A stretch of DNA of 63,998 nucleotides, filler included, from Basidiobolus ranarum (Eukaryota): NCBI GenBank assembly GCA_040143965.1. It is 8 parts of 8 records of this genome, joined end to end, with 100 filler letters (N's around TTAATTAATTAA, not from the genome) between each part and the next. Parts side by side here need not be neighbours in the genome. Positions count along the whole stretch, not along the records: positions 8,142 to 16,178 come from JASJQH010001030.1; positions 16,279 to 24,302 come from JASJQH010001031.1; 6 more parts are not named here. One strand, written 5' to 3'. The notes beneath the pieces were generated by a model, which had not been told where the DNA came from, made no database searches, and saw only the letters and a list, made by a program, of their open reading frames with translations. This document shows, one piece after another, positions 10,934-22,697 of this stretch. A program made the translations under genes and the position numbers. Each line of letters opens with the position of its first letter. The stretch's first letter is position 1.

Positions 10934-13900
10934 GTTTATGAGCCCCAAGCTAACTGTTAAAGAAGTGTCTATCAGTACTAATACCAACATTTTTGCATCC
11001 ACAGAGAAGTTTGATGATCAGGACTTTCACCTTGGAAGTTCAAGATCCAAATGTTTCTAGAGGACAAGGACCTTTGGGGATTTATTACTGGAGAAGAAAT
11101 AGAGCTAAAGGGACTACCAGAAGCTAACCTTGCCTTTCACAAGAAGCAGAGGAAAGCACTCTCTACACTTTGTCTTCATCTCAGAGACTCTCAATTGAGG
11201 CACATACAATTATCCAAAAACATCCAAAATGCTTTGGAAACACTTGAGGACTATATGTGACTAAAGGTCTGTCTAGTAGTCTATCTTTCAGGTAAAAATT
11301 ATTCTCAATTGAGATTAATACGGATGATTCTATGCTTAATCATATAAATCAGAAAAGAACTATGGCAGATCAGCTCTCATCCATTGTAGCATATCTAAAT
11401 GAAGATAACTTAGTCATTACACTACTTGGGAGCCTGCCAGACAAGATTGGGAAACTCTTAATTGCCCTAGAAACAAGAGCAGAGCTAATAAGAATGGACT
11501 ATGTTGGTGCAAGCCTTGTGAATTAGGAATTAAAGATATCTAATACTCAGCAAAATAATGCAGAACAAGCATTTTTTGGAGCTGTGAAATATTGAACAGG
11601 CTTCAATAACGATGCCCCTAATAGGAAATCAATCAGCTGCAACTTTTGTAAGTAACCAGGCCATTTAATCAAAGATTGCTGAAAAAGGATTTTTGCCAAA
11701 GAGCTAAAATTGGAACAAGCAAATCAAGTAGGCGCTGATAGGGTTCATCTATTTGTGTCTGCCCTATCAGTAACTACCAAAGAAGACTCAGAAATGTGCT
11801 AATTGATTAAGGTGCTTCCCAGCATATGTCAACCAAGAAAGATTGGTTTCCAGCTTAAAGCATATCAATACAAGGAAAGTCTACTTAGGTGATGACAATG
11901 CACTGGATGCAGCTGGTAAGGGCAGAGTTGTGCTCAATTTAGAACAAAACTCAGCAGTACTATATGCAAAATTGGATGATGTACTCCATGTACCAAATAA
12001 AGCCAAGAATCTACTCTCAGTAAGCCAAGCAACATCTGCAGGACTAAATTCAGTGCTCAGCAAGGCTGGATGCACTATCATTCAACAGAATAATACTAAG
12101 TTAGCTACTAGGATCAAAACTCAAACTTTTACCAGCTAGAAATCAACAAACTGCATTCTGAGCATGCAAACTTGGCCAAATTCAGTGGAATAAACTGTCA
12201 AACATGGCATAGATGATTAGGCCACATTGGGGAACAAAAACTGACCTAAATGAAACCAAGTCAGCTTGTTGCAGGCTGTGAAATTGAAAATGTTACTAAA
12301 TTGGATCTGTGTGAAGATTGCATATATAGAAAACATCACAGACAGCAGTTTTTAAGATCTGGAAGAAATAAATCCACTCAGAATTTTGCCCTGATTCATT
12401 CTGATATATGTGGGCCCATGAAAGACATCTCTCCAGTTCTAAAAAGGTACTTTGTGACCTTTATTGATGACAAATCCAGATATACTTGGGTATGCTTTTT
12501 CAATTCAAAATTTGAAGCCTTAGCATTGTTCAAGCACCACAAAGCAATAGTAGAGAAGGAATCACAAAAAGGGTACTAAGGAGTGATAATGGTTGAGAAT
12601 ACTACTCTAAAGACTTCACTAGTAGCTGTTCTAAACATTGAATTAAGCAATAAACTACTGTACATTGTACTCCACAGCAAAACAGAGTTGTAGAACATGC
12701 TAATAGAACTATAGTGTAGATGGTAAGATCCATGTTACATGAACAAAAGTCGGATTACCACTATTGGGCTGAATCTGTCTCCACTGCAGTATATAACAAA
12801 AACAGATGCCCAACAAGATTGCTCCAAAATTCCACTCCATTTGAAGCCCTATATGGATCAAAACATGCGTAGATCATCTCAGGATCTTTGGTTGCATGGC
12901 ATCTTGCCTAATTCCAGCTCTAAAATGCTCTAAACTGGAACCCAAAAGCAGAAAATACATCTTTCTTGGTTATTGTGATAGATCTAAGGCCTACTAACTC
13001 TTTGATACCATAAATCAGAAGTTAATTAAGTGCAGAGATGTGATTTTTGATGAAAAAGCAAATTTTTCACCTTAAATCACAGTTTTTGATCCAGTTAAAA
13101 CAATCAGCACACTTCAGGAAGTGTTAAACAAAATTCCAGCAATATATGAGACCTTTTCAACTAAAATCATGGTCCTATTCAATATTGTATGATTCAGGAC
13201 CCAGATGATAATCCAGAAAGAGAAATAAGCTAGGAAATGGGAAGAACACTTCCAATGATGATGTACAAGCTTATGCCACATTCTGTGATAAACCAAAGAC
13301 TCTAGATCAATCTCTGGAGTTTCCAGAATCAAAATTATGGGAAAAATCAATGTATGAGGAGTTTTCCTCACTTCAGGACAGTAAAACATGGGTTTTAAGT
13401 CCTCTACCTTCAGGGAGAAAGCCAATAGGCTGCAAAAAGATCTACAAAGTCAGAAACCAAGCTGATAGAACCATAGAAAGGTACAAAGCAAGATTAGTTG
13501 CAGGAGGTTATTGCCAGATACCAGAAGTTGATTTTAATGAAACTTTTGCTACAGTAGCTAAGTTTAGCTTGATTAGATCAATCCTGGCAATCTCACCCAC
13601 CCATAACCTTGATTTACATAAAATGGATTCACAAACAGCCTTTTCAAAAGGAAATCTGGATAAATATATCTCCAGATGGATTTGTTGACCCAAAACATCC
13701 TGATATCGTCCGTAAGCTGCAAAAGTTGCTATATCAACTCAAGCAAGCACCTAGGGCATAGTTCAACAAGACAGACACCTATTTGGAATCGCTGGAATCC
13801 CAAAAATGCACAGCAGATAACAGTGTATAAATCAAAATAACCAAAAATATGATCTTTTTCTTGGCACTTATTGTTGATGACTTGATCATAGCAACTAATG

Positions 13901-14830
13901 ATGTAAAGGCACTTAATCAAACAAAGTTGAGCTTATCATACCAATTATAGATAACAGATTTGGGTGAATTAAGTTATTTTCATGCAATCCAAATCAAGAG
14001 AGATAAACACAATCAAAAAACCATGCTAAATTAGTCTGGATACATCATAGATATTCTAAAAAGCTTCAACACAGAGAATAGCAAGCCTGTTTCAATACCA
14101 ATGGATCCCAATGTGATATTAATCATATTTCATCTGCTATGGCTCCAAATGACTCAAATCAGAGTGAGGAGTTCCCTTATCAATCCATGGGGGTAGTTTA
14201 ATGTATACAATGGTTGGAATCTGTTTACCCATTGCAGTGGCAGTGGGAACTGTCAGCCAATATTGTAGAAATACAGGATCTGAGCACTCAACTGCAATAA
14301 AACAAGCTTTCTGGTATTTGAGAGGAACTGTAGATCTAGTTCTGGAATACTCTGCCATTCCTGATGCACAAAAGTTTGAATGCTACAGTAATGCAGATGG
14401 GGAAGAAACCTTGATGATAGAAGATCAACAACTGGGTACACTTCTTTCTATTGTAATGGAGCCATAACTTGCAATAGTAAGAAGCATCCAACCATAGCAC
14501 TTTCCACTACAGAAGATGAGTATATGTCTGCCTCTGCTGCTACACAAGTAGCTATGTGGATACATGCAAAAATGTGGTATTACTGTATTGAAGATAATCA
14601 AAATTGTATTTCTTAGCTAAAAACCCAACATTTCATGCTAGAACAAAACATATAGATATTAGGCACCATTTTGTTGGAGAAGCAATTGAGAATGATATGT
14701 TGAACTTGTCTATTGCCCTACGGAAGAAATGATTGCTGACATCTTAACAGAACCTTTAGCTAAAGAACAAATTGAATTATAAAGAGATAAGATGGGTATA
14801 AGAGAAATACAAAAATTAGTTGAGTGGGCA

Positions 14831-15192
14831 TGTTGAAATTGGGTAAATAGCAACTGATTATTTAGTAGTTAGTTTATTCATATTTGGATTATTTAGCACC
14901 CAATTCTGCCATTCACAAATGTATGTTAATTGGTCAAATTTATAAAAACTTCAATGAGATCACTTTTACCAATTCTACTATTTTCTCAAAACATCTCCAA
15001 ATCCTCTCAAATTTTCACCTGTTCTTAACAGGCATGTTTATTATGATCTAAGCACATCCAATAGTCCTATTTTGTAGAAAAATATATATAGGACATGATC
15101 AATTCAATAAAACATCAATAGAACTTACATGTCTAATTCACAAATCTGAATCTTGTCCAAAACAATTCCAAACCCTCTAAACACTATTATGA
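14831..15192 (+). repeat. 3' LTR, copia family A
   Basis: TGTTGAAATT...CTATTATGA, immediately after the polypurine tract. Confidence 0.88.
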
Positions 15193-15874
15193 CAAGAGGC
15201 AAATGGTGCCAGCAGATAAGGGCTGTTGGGGATTTGTTATGGAAGAAAAAATAGAGCCAAAAGGACCACCAGAAGCTGTCCTTGCCTTTCATAAGAAACA
15301 GAGAAAAGCACTTTCAATACTTTGTCTACATTGCAGTGACTCTCAATTAAGGCTCATATACTCAGCCAAAAGCATCCATGCTGTGTGGGAAGCACTTGTT
15401 GGAGTATATGAAACTAAAAGCCTGGCTAATAGGCTATATCTTTAATGAAAACTATTCTCAATTCAGATGAGTGTAGATGATTCTAGGGCTAATCATAAAA
15501 ATCAGATAAAAGCTATGGCATAGCACCTACCATCAGTTGGAGCATCTCAAGATAAAGATGATTCAGTCATGACAATAGCTCAACAATTAAATTTTGTATT
15601 CAGCAAGGCAGGATGCACTATCATAGAGCAGATATATACCAAATTAGCTACTGATATCAAAACCCAAAATGTTTACAAGCTATATATCAACAAATTGCAT
15701 TCTGAGAATGCAAACTGGGCTAACACCAATGGAAAAAGCTGTAAAATATGGCATAGAAGGTTAAACCACATTAGGGATCAGAAACAGACCCAAATGATCC
15801 ATAATCAGCTTGTTTCAGGTTCAGGAATTGAAAATGTCAACAAATTGAATATATTGGATGGTTGCATAAATTAG
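15193..15874 (+). mobile_element. Continuation of the outer copia family A element (gag, deleted pol remnant)
   Basis: DKGCWGFVMEEKIEPKGPPEAVLAFHKKQRKALSILCLH parallels the 11051 ORF. An internal deletion then leads into a WHRRLNH pre-integrase segment. Confidence 0.85.
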
Positions 15875-16178
15875 ACTTGTTCCATTTTATTAGGCCAGAT
15901 CAGGCCAGCTAAAAAGTGTGCCAGCACAAATTGCCATGATTGGGCACTATCCGGCACAATGTTATTTACAGTTTTGGAAACAGTTTATTTTACTTATGTG
16001 GTATATTTAAGAAAAGTACTTGTAGACATTATTGCACATTCAAAAGATGATGAAAGCTTGATTCAGTGTGTCTTAAGTCTAGAGCTCTCAATGGATATCT
16101 TTGAGTATGGATGTATTGAGAATTAATCAAGATTTTGACTACTTTGCCTAACTTTGATTGAGGCCCACAAAATGATTT

Positions 16179-16278
16179 NNNNNNNNNNNNNNNNNNNNNN
16201 NNNNNNNNNNNNNNNNNNNNNNTTAATTAATTAANNNNNNNNNNNNNNNNNNNNNNNNNNNNNNNNNNNNNNNNNNNN
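16179..16278. other. Artificial contig spacer
   Basis: Same 100-bp N/TTAATTAATTAA linker. Confidence 0.98.
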
Positions 16279-16891
16279 CATACATGTTACCACCATATTG
16301 GGGGCCTTGATTGAAGGTACCACCCATAGGTGGGCCTTGTGGGGGGGGTCTTGAGTAGTTGGAGGCGTTATGAGGAGGTTGGCCATACGCAGGGGCTGGT
16401 GGGCCTTGATGTGGAGCAGAGGGGTACTGAGGGTAGGCGTTTGGGGGGTTTGCTGAATAAGGTTGAGACATTGGAAAGCCGGCGGCATTTTGAGTAGGTG
16501 GTGGTACTGCTGAAGAGCCACCAGGTGGATAATAGCCTCCTGTATTCCCTGGATAATTTCCAGCAGATTGGCCTGGAGGTGGTCCAGGTGGAGGAGGATA
16601 AGCTGAAGACTGCTGAGGTGGATACGAGTTATTTCCGTAGGAAGGTTGCTGCTGATATTGTGGCTGGGCTGGATAACCGCTGTTATAGTTGCCTCCCTGC
16701 TGAGGTGGTGGAGGGTAGCCACTGTTGTTGTGTTGCTGATTTTGGGGAGGATATCCACCATATTGTTGTTGTTGCTGTTGCGGTGGTGGTGGGTAAGCAT
16801 TCCCGCCACCGTAGGGTTGCCCCTGTTGTTGAGGTGGTGGGTAGTAGCCGGAATTTTGAGAATACTGATTTCCGTAAGGATTTTGAGACAT
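16279..16891 (-). CDS. N-terminal Q/P/Y/G/N-rich low-complexity region of a truncated gene; resembles a metacaspase Mca1 prodomain (annexin A7-type N-terminus is an alternative)
   Basis: ATG at 16891 opens ~204 codons of YPPPPQQ/GGY repeats. The catalytic domain lies beyond the contig end, so identity is unconfirmed. Confidence 0.55.
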
Positions 16892-18513
16892 GACGGACGT
16901 TGCAGAAGTGGTAATATTAGATGAGATAGTCTAAGCTATGAAATTTATATTATCTCGTAATACAAGGATTCAGGTTTAACTTTGATTGTAAAAGCAATGC
17001 AAAAAGTGTAGTGATGGTAGCTTTGAATGGAGTACAGTCAGCGAGGAAGTGCAGTGGAAAAGTAGCCCTTTTACCTACGTTCCAACAAAATCATGTGACG
17101 TATAAAGTTTGAACATTCCCATTCGTAGATGAGGCCAAGCGAAGCCAAGGCTTGTAATTAAATCATACAATGGGAGCGATTTAATTAAGCCCAAAAGGAT
17201 ACTGATTAAAATAATTTAATGGGTAAACAATTAGTTTTATTCCCGAAAGACGGAATATCGCTAATTATTTTTACTTAGCAGCTAATGGCCAACAATCTCA
17301 ATATATAAACAACTGAAAGCATCCATGGTTACCTTTATTTGGATGCTGTATTGGTTATTCAAATCCAAAAATCCTTATGTAATGGAGCCGAGAGTTGGGA
17401 AAAATGATACAAGAGTTATTGATCATGTATGAGTTAGTGTGGGAAGAATTACCAGCTATCATTTACTTTCATTGTACTACAATTGAAGTATGCTAGGATA
17501 CTTGCTTCCACATTATACCTGTTGCTCATATTTGCCAGAATGCCATCCTCTAAAAGCCAAAGAGAATACTGGGAGCGTGAATGTCATCTTCTAGCAGCGT
17601 ATTTCTTCGCAAAATGGAATGGCTTTGAATCCAGGTGACCAACATTTGCAACCGTTTTGGGTCATATATTTAAGCAAATTTAGAAGACAACATCTAGACT
17701 CCAGGAAATTTTCTAACTAAACAAAAGTTAGCGGATTACATATTCTTGACCTACTATTTGGTGGGTGTTTAAACAGAAAGTTATACTCTCAATCACACGG
17801 GTGAGTTTTCAATCCAATCCTCCAAAATCCAGATCTTGACTTCTCGCTGAAGTCTAACCCTTAATAGTCTACTTCTTAGGGTTAAGATCTTCATATCCAA
17901 TCACAGTTCTGATGCTAAAATAACGGTTGTTGTTGAGCGTTCATTATAGAGTTAAATAAAAACTAATATAGTAATTCTAAACAGTTGGCTAGTCGCAGGA
18001 AATAGAAAAAAAAGGAAATAGAAAAATAATTCATATGCATAGTTGACCTACTCTGCCGCTTGTAGCATGATCGTGTACAGTAAAAAAAAGATGGTGTACA
18101 ATTTTTTATTCATTTGATTGATTGGTTATTCTTAAGAGGACGAGTGGAATTTCACCTGATTCATTGGCTCTTTTGAGTTCAACTGTTCTAGCTAAATGGA
18201 ATTACACCTGCTAAAACTCGTGTATCGCTGTGTGCTCTACAAGCTCATGGTTGATTTTACTTACCTTATTCTCGAGTTGTGTTCGTGTCTATACTCCACT
18301 CATCATTCCGTATCAATACTACGTGTGTTAAATCTCCGCAGGATTGGCTGAGATTAACAATATAAGTTAGACGAATTGAGTATATAGAGTTAGTATATAG
18401 GGTTAGGGTTAGCATATAGGGTTAGTATATACACTCATTCAAGCAAATGTCCCATATATAGAGATCGAAGACTCTGCATTCACTTATTACGTGGCTTATC
18501 TCAAGGAATAGAA

Positions 18514-19995
18514 ATGACTAGCAATCTCCAATCTCTTAACGAGCCCAAACTCACAGGATGGCATCTTCGAGCAATTATCATTGCTGGTATTGGCTTCTTT
18601 ACAGATGCTTATGACATCTTCATCATTAACTTGGCTGTACCGATGATGGGATATGTTTACTATCAAGATAACCACAACAAGATCCCTAAGCAATTTGAAG
18701 GTCCACTCAAAGGAGCTACCGCTTTCGGAACTCTGATCGGGCAGTTACTCTTTGGATACTTGGGTGATCGCCTTGGAAGAAAGAAAATGTATGGTTCTGA
18801 ATTGATCATCATCATTTTTGCCACTATTTGTTGCGCGATTGCTGGTTCTTGGGCAAAGGGAGTAAACGTAGTGGCCGTTCTTGGTTTCTGGCGCTTCATT
18901 CTTGGTATTGGAATTGGTGGTGATTACCCAGTATCTGCAGTCATTACTTCTGAATTTGCTTCCACCAGTCGACGTGGTATGATGATCGCAGCAGTCTTTG
19001 CGTCTCAGGGTACTGGTATCTTAGTGGGTGCTTTGTTCACGGTCATCATGCTTGCTATCTTCCAAGGGGCCATTCGTGCTGACCAAAATAATTTCGATTA
19101 CGTGTGGAGATTGATGCTTGCGTTCGGATGTGTTCCAGCCATTTTCACTGTGTACTTCCGCTTGACCATGCCTGAATCACCACGATATACTTTGGAGGTG
19201 ACTGGTGATGCTGAAAAAGCCGCTAAAGATTTACAAGGGATCTTAGGTGATCAAGAAAAAGAAAAGATCCAGGCTCAACATAACATTGTCGATGCTGATA
19301 AACCTGCATTAACCTTTACCGAACACTTCGGAAAATGGAGGAATTTAAAGGTCTTACTTGGCACCTCTCTCTCTTGGTTTTTCCTCGATATTGCGTTCTA
19401 CGGTCTTTCCCTCAATCAGTCATACATATTGCAGGCCATTGGTTATTCTTCCAAAGGGCTCTCTCCATACGATGCGATGTGGACTGAGGCAGTTGGAAAT
19501 CTAATCATCTCATTGATGGGTACTGTTCCAGGTTATTGGTTTACCGTATTCCTTATTGAGCGCATGGGTAGAATCAAAATCCAGTTGATGGGTTTTGCCT
19601 TTCTTACCATCATTTTCATTATTCTCTCGGCTGGCTTCTACAAGATTCGGGATACTGCCGTCGCTTTGTTTATTGCCTTGTTCACCTTAGCTCAGTTCTT
19701 TTTCAACTTCGGTCCCAACTCCACAACTTTTGTACTTCCATCCGAGGTGTTCCCTACACGATTCCGCTCCACTGCCCATGGAATCTCGGCTGCCTCCGGT
19801 AAATTAGGAGCCATCATTGCAACTTTCGGATTCAACCAGTTGGTAGAAATCGGTGGTAAAGATGGAGATCACGCATTCCTCCCGCAAACTCTCGGTATCT
19901 TTGCAGCCATCATGTTTCTTGGATTCTTGTCCACCTTCTGGGTACCAGAAACTAAAGGAAAATCACTGGAAGAGATCTCTGCTGAATATGAATAG
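18514..19995 (+). CDS. PHO84: High-affinity phosphate:H+ symporter (MFS)
   Basis: 493-aa intronless ORF with AGIGFFTDAYD, GDRLGRKKMYG, GIGGDYPVSA, FFLDIAFYG, NFGPNSTTF, STAHGISAASGKLGA and PETKGKSLEE. Confidence 0.95.
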   Translation: MTSNLQSLNEPKLTGWHLRAIIIAGIGFFTDAYDIFIINLAVPMMGYVYYQDNHNKIPKQFEGPLKGATAFGTLIGQLLFGYLGDRLGRKKMYGSELIIIIFATICCAIAGSWAKGVNVVAVLGFWRFILGIGIGGDYPVSAVITSEFASTSRRGMMIAAVFASQGTGILVGALFTVIMLAIFQGAIRADQNNFDYVWRLMLAFGCVPAIFTVYFRLTMPESPRYTLEVTGDAEKAAKDLQGILGDQEKEKIQAQHNIVDADKPALTFTEHFGKWRNLKVLLGTSLSWFFLDIAFYGLSLNQSYILQAIGYSSKGLSPYDAMWTEAVGNLIISLMGTVPGYWFTVFLIERMGRIKIQLMGFAFLTIIFIILSAGFYKIRDTAVALFIALFTLAQFFFNFGPNSTTFVLPSEVFPTRFRSTAHGISAASGKLGAIIATFGFNQLVEIGGKDGDHAFLPQTLGIFAAIMFLGFLSTFWVPETKGKSLEEISAEYE

Positions 19996-20590
19996 ATTAA
20001 CTCCGTTATATTTAACCATTCTCTCATATTATCTAATGCTCTCATACCTTTTTCGTCAAGATTTCTGAGAATAAATCAAGTTCTCTCTCAAACATATCTT
20101 CCAATGATGCTATTATAGGTGTATTAGGTGTTACTGAGGTAACTTTCCCTTCTTGTCGTATGAGCCTTCATTTCGATCGGTTATAGAACTCTATTTTAGA
20201 TCACAATTACCCCAAAGATTCAGTGGTCATATAAACCAATACATGCACAGTGAATATTTTAATATGTTCATGTATTACAACAAGTTATTTTAAATCTACT
20301 AAACCTACCAACCAGTAGATAAAAGTTTGTTGGAATTCATGTGTTAGAGATTGTAAAGCTTCTATTACTTCACTTGGCTTCGTTATGCCATAGTAAAGCC
20401 TCCTGGTATCAATGAATTATTCTAAATAGGGTAGGAAGGCTCAGTGGGCTTTGGTCCATAGAGTTAGTGGACATTGGGCTGAATAAATTTATTGAAAGTT
20501 TTGTTGAAGTATATTTGGAGCTACATGGTAATGAGCTGAGTCAGTCATAACTAGATAAATAAAGTGGCAGTGCAGAAATGTATGAGATGG

Positions 20591-20689
20591 TAACATTGCC
20601 ATTATAACCTAACCCTCACTACTTAACATTGCCATTATAACCTAACCCTCACTACTTAACATTGCCATTATAACCTAACCCTCACTACT
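20591..20689 (+). repeat. Perfect 33-bp minisatellite x3
   Basis: TAACATTGCCATTATAACCTAACCCTCACTACT occurs three times. Confidence 0.95.
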
Positions 20690-20840
20690 ATGCGGGAATC
20701 TAACTATACGCGTAATCCTATCAAGCTGCTAAGAATAATTGTCAAGTTATAATTTTACAAGAGTTACACAAGTACATCTAAATGTATACTTCTAATCCAC
20801 TCCTTCGTTCTTTGAATTACATGAGTAGGCAAATCTCCAC

Positions 20841-21710
20841 TCAATCGGTTCTAAACTCAACATAAGTGTCATCAGCAAAATTATTGGTCCATCGGGTATC
20901 ATCACCACTGCACCGGAACAAAAACTTTCTGCGCCCATGCTCGGATGAGATCAAGTTGTATAGGTACTTGTTATTCCGCCTCATAACATATTCAAAGTGA
21001 ATTTTCTTGGCCTTACCCCCTTCACGCTGCCTATGCATATCAACTCCATTTTCTCCGTGGGAAGTAGACATGGCGTAGAAGAATTTGTCATAGATAACAC
21101 CACCTCCTTTAAGAGCATTTAGTAAGGCAATAATAGCATCAGCTAAAGCAGTGTCAGGGTCCTTGGCTGCGGAATCGTAGCAAGTTTTCTTGAGAGTGCT
21201 AACCATCACTGTTGGGGTGTTGGTCATAATCTCTGGATTATTTCCTTGTGTCAAGCCCCAATAGAAACGAGACTGATTCTGTTTCTTGTCTGTATGCCAA
21301 TGAGGATTTACAAAGAAAGAGCATGTTTGTGGGCCCTTAAGATACAAGTCGGTGTTGAGTATAGAGCCATTACATTTCCCCTCTAGACGCAACCTGAACT
21401 TCTGGTTCTTCCTAATAGGGTTTCCAGCTTGATCACAAATTCTAGTAGTACAGTCAGCATTGACGCCAATTTCATCGGTTATGACTTGGTTAAAATCTTT
21501 GCCATAGGCGTCATCTAATGATGTAGGGTCTTCCCTAGCTTCCTCTTCCTCCAGGCCGCTGGTTGAGTTTAAGTCAAGCATCGCAGAGCAAAGATGCGTG
21601 TTGGTAAGACTAGCTGGAGCAAACACATATTGACAGACATCATTGGGAGAAGCAGCGTGAGCAGCTGAAATAGCGCTAACAATAACCAAACTCAGTTGTT
21701 TCAATTGCAT
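20841..21710 (-). CDS. Secreted Cys-containing protein of unknown function (289 aa)
   Basis: Intronless ORF with signal peptide MQLKQLSLVIVSAISAAHA, an acidic linker and the motif ICDQAGNPIRKNQKFRL. TATA-like element ~45 bp upstream. Confidence 0.8.
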   Translation of the reverse strand: MQLKQLSLVIVSAISAAHAASPNDVCQYVFAPASLTNTHLCSAMLDLNSTSGLEEEEAREDPTSLDDAYGKDFNQVITDEIGVNADCTTRICDQAGNPIRKNQKFRLRLEGKCNGSILNTDLYLKGPQTCSFFVNPHWHTDKKQNQSRFYWGLTQGNNPEIMTNTPTVMVSTLKKTCYDSAAKDPDTALADAIIALLNALKGGGVIYDKFFYAMSTSHGENGVDMHRQREGGKAKKIHFEYVMRRNNKYLYNLISSEHGRRKFLFRCSGDDTRWTNNFADDTYVEFRTD

Positions 21711-22329
21711 TTAAGTTGAAAGTATGATTTTATATGCTGGATAATCTTCTCTCTTTATATAACCTAACCATGGGCTAATTGACACCTACAGACACTCAGA
21801 GACACCCATCGAGCTCCCTAGTTTCCTTACACTAACTCTTATTTCTACAGGTTTAGTCAAGTGGTTATTGAACCATCTGCATACGTATTCTATCTGATAC
21901 TGATACTTATATAATTATCTTGTGTACGGGGGCATCGTGTGACCTATATAGTTATTATGTGCTCAGGGGCATTGTGTGTCGTATATATGCCACTTGAGAG
22001 GTAGCTAGCTCTTGACCAAGATGGGTACTTCGATGGATGTGTAACCATCGATATGTTACGCCTCCAGATGACCTAACCAACATGACAGTGTGCGTACCAG
22101 GAAAGTCACCAAACATTCTGGTTTGGATTGCAGAGAGTTAGGGGATGCGTTTCTCACAGATGTGAAACCCAGTTAATGCCGTACAGATGTAGACATCACT
22201 TACTTCGGTAACAAAGACACACTTTCATATAAGTCAAAACGCCACCTACGTAATGCTCCAAATGTGCCAATGTCTAATCTATAAATATAATTATGTCCCT
22301 AATTATGCCAGACCAAAAGTAACATACTA

Positions 22330-22697
22330 TTCTTTCAAAAATGTATCACTCTACCCATTTCTCATTAAGCATGTCAGTCAAAAGCTTCATCATGTGTGCA
22401 AAGTTTCAGGCTTCTTTCAAAATCTATATAGCTGAGAACTTTTAAGTTGTTAAAAATATTCTAAGTTCTAAATAAGAATAATGGATTATATGTTAATGCA
22501 ATATACAAAAACTAAATGTAAGCAATATGTAACTTCATAGGTATTTAGACAATGCTAATAGCAACACACTCTCTCAACTATATGGTCATATAAACTAATC
22601 CTAAGCAAGGTATAAATTTCTCAAATTTCTGCCTAGCTAATGGTTTATTAGTATATCAGCAATCATGTTTCCATAGTATAATAGGTTAAGTCAGTAA
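22330..22697 (-). mobile_element. 3' end of a copia element (RNase H tail, PPT, family B-like LTR)
   Basis: Minus strand reads NMIADIL..PLARQKFEKF, then PPT AGTTGAGAGAGTG, then LTR TGTTGCTATTAGCATTG from 22566. Left boundary approximate. Confidence 0.7.

Larger units (their letters stand above)
10582..15192 (+). mobile_element. Full-length degenerate Ty1/copia LTR retrotransposon (family A)
   Basis: 5' LTR 10582-10933, PBS gtttatgagccc at 10934. gag (LCLHLRDSQL), CCHC knuckle, protease D(S)GAS.HM, GAG-pre-integrase WHRRLGH, integrase HSDICGP/FIDDKSRYTW, RT (RYKARLVAGG, LYQLKQAPRA), RNase H (HARTKHIDIRHHF). PPT agttgagtgggca, then 3' LTR 14831-15192. TSD caaca/caaga. Many stops and frameshifts. 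Confidence 0.92.

Noticed and set aside
10582-15192. Neurospora-type RIP (CpA to TpA)
   Set aside because: A few CAA-to-TAA and TGG-to-TAG changes exist, but CpA/TpG remain abundant and transversions and indels are common. CpG decay explains the pattern better. A formal spectrum is needed.
16223-16278. ORF tails ending XXXX-LIN (also ORFs at 24351, 32474, 56745)
   Set aside because: They are translations of the N/TTAATTAATTAA spacer.
16231-16924. Overlapping or antisense ORFs (192, 131, 92 aa), and similar shadows over RNPS1, CHAP and the NRPS
   Set aside because: Alternate-frame shadows of low-complexity or long coding sequence with no independent support.
18000-18513. Pho4 CACGTG boxes upstream of PHO84
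   Set aside because: Only partial TACGTG matches were seen, with no canonical site.
20591-20689. CRISPR-like array
   Set aside because: Units are contiguous with no spacers, the context is eukaryotic, and there are no cas genes.
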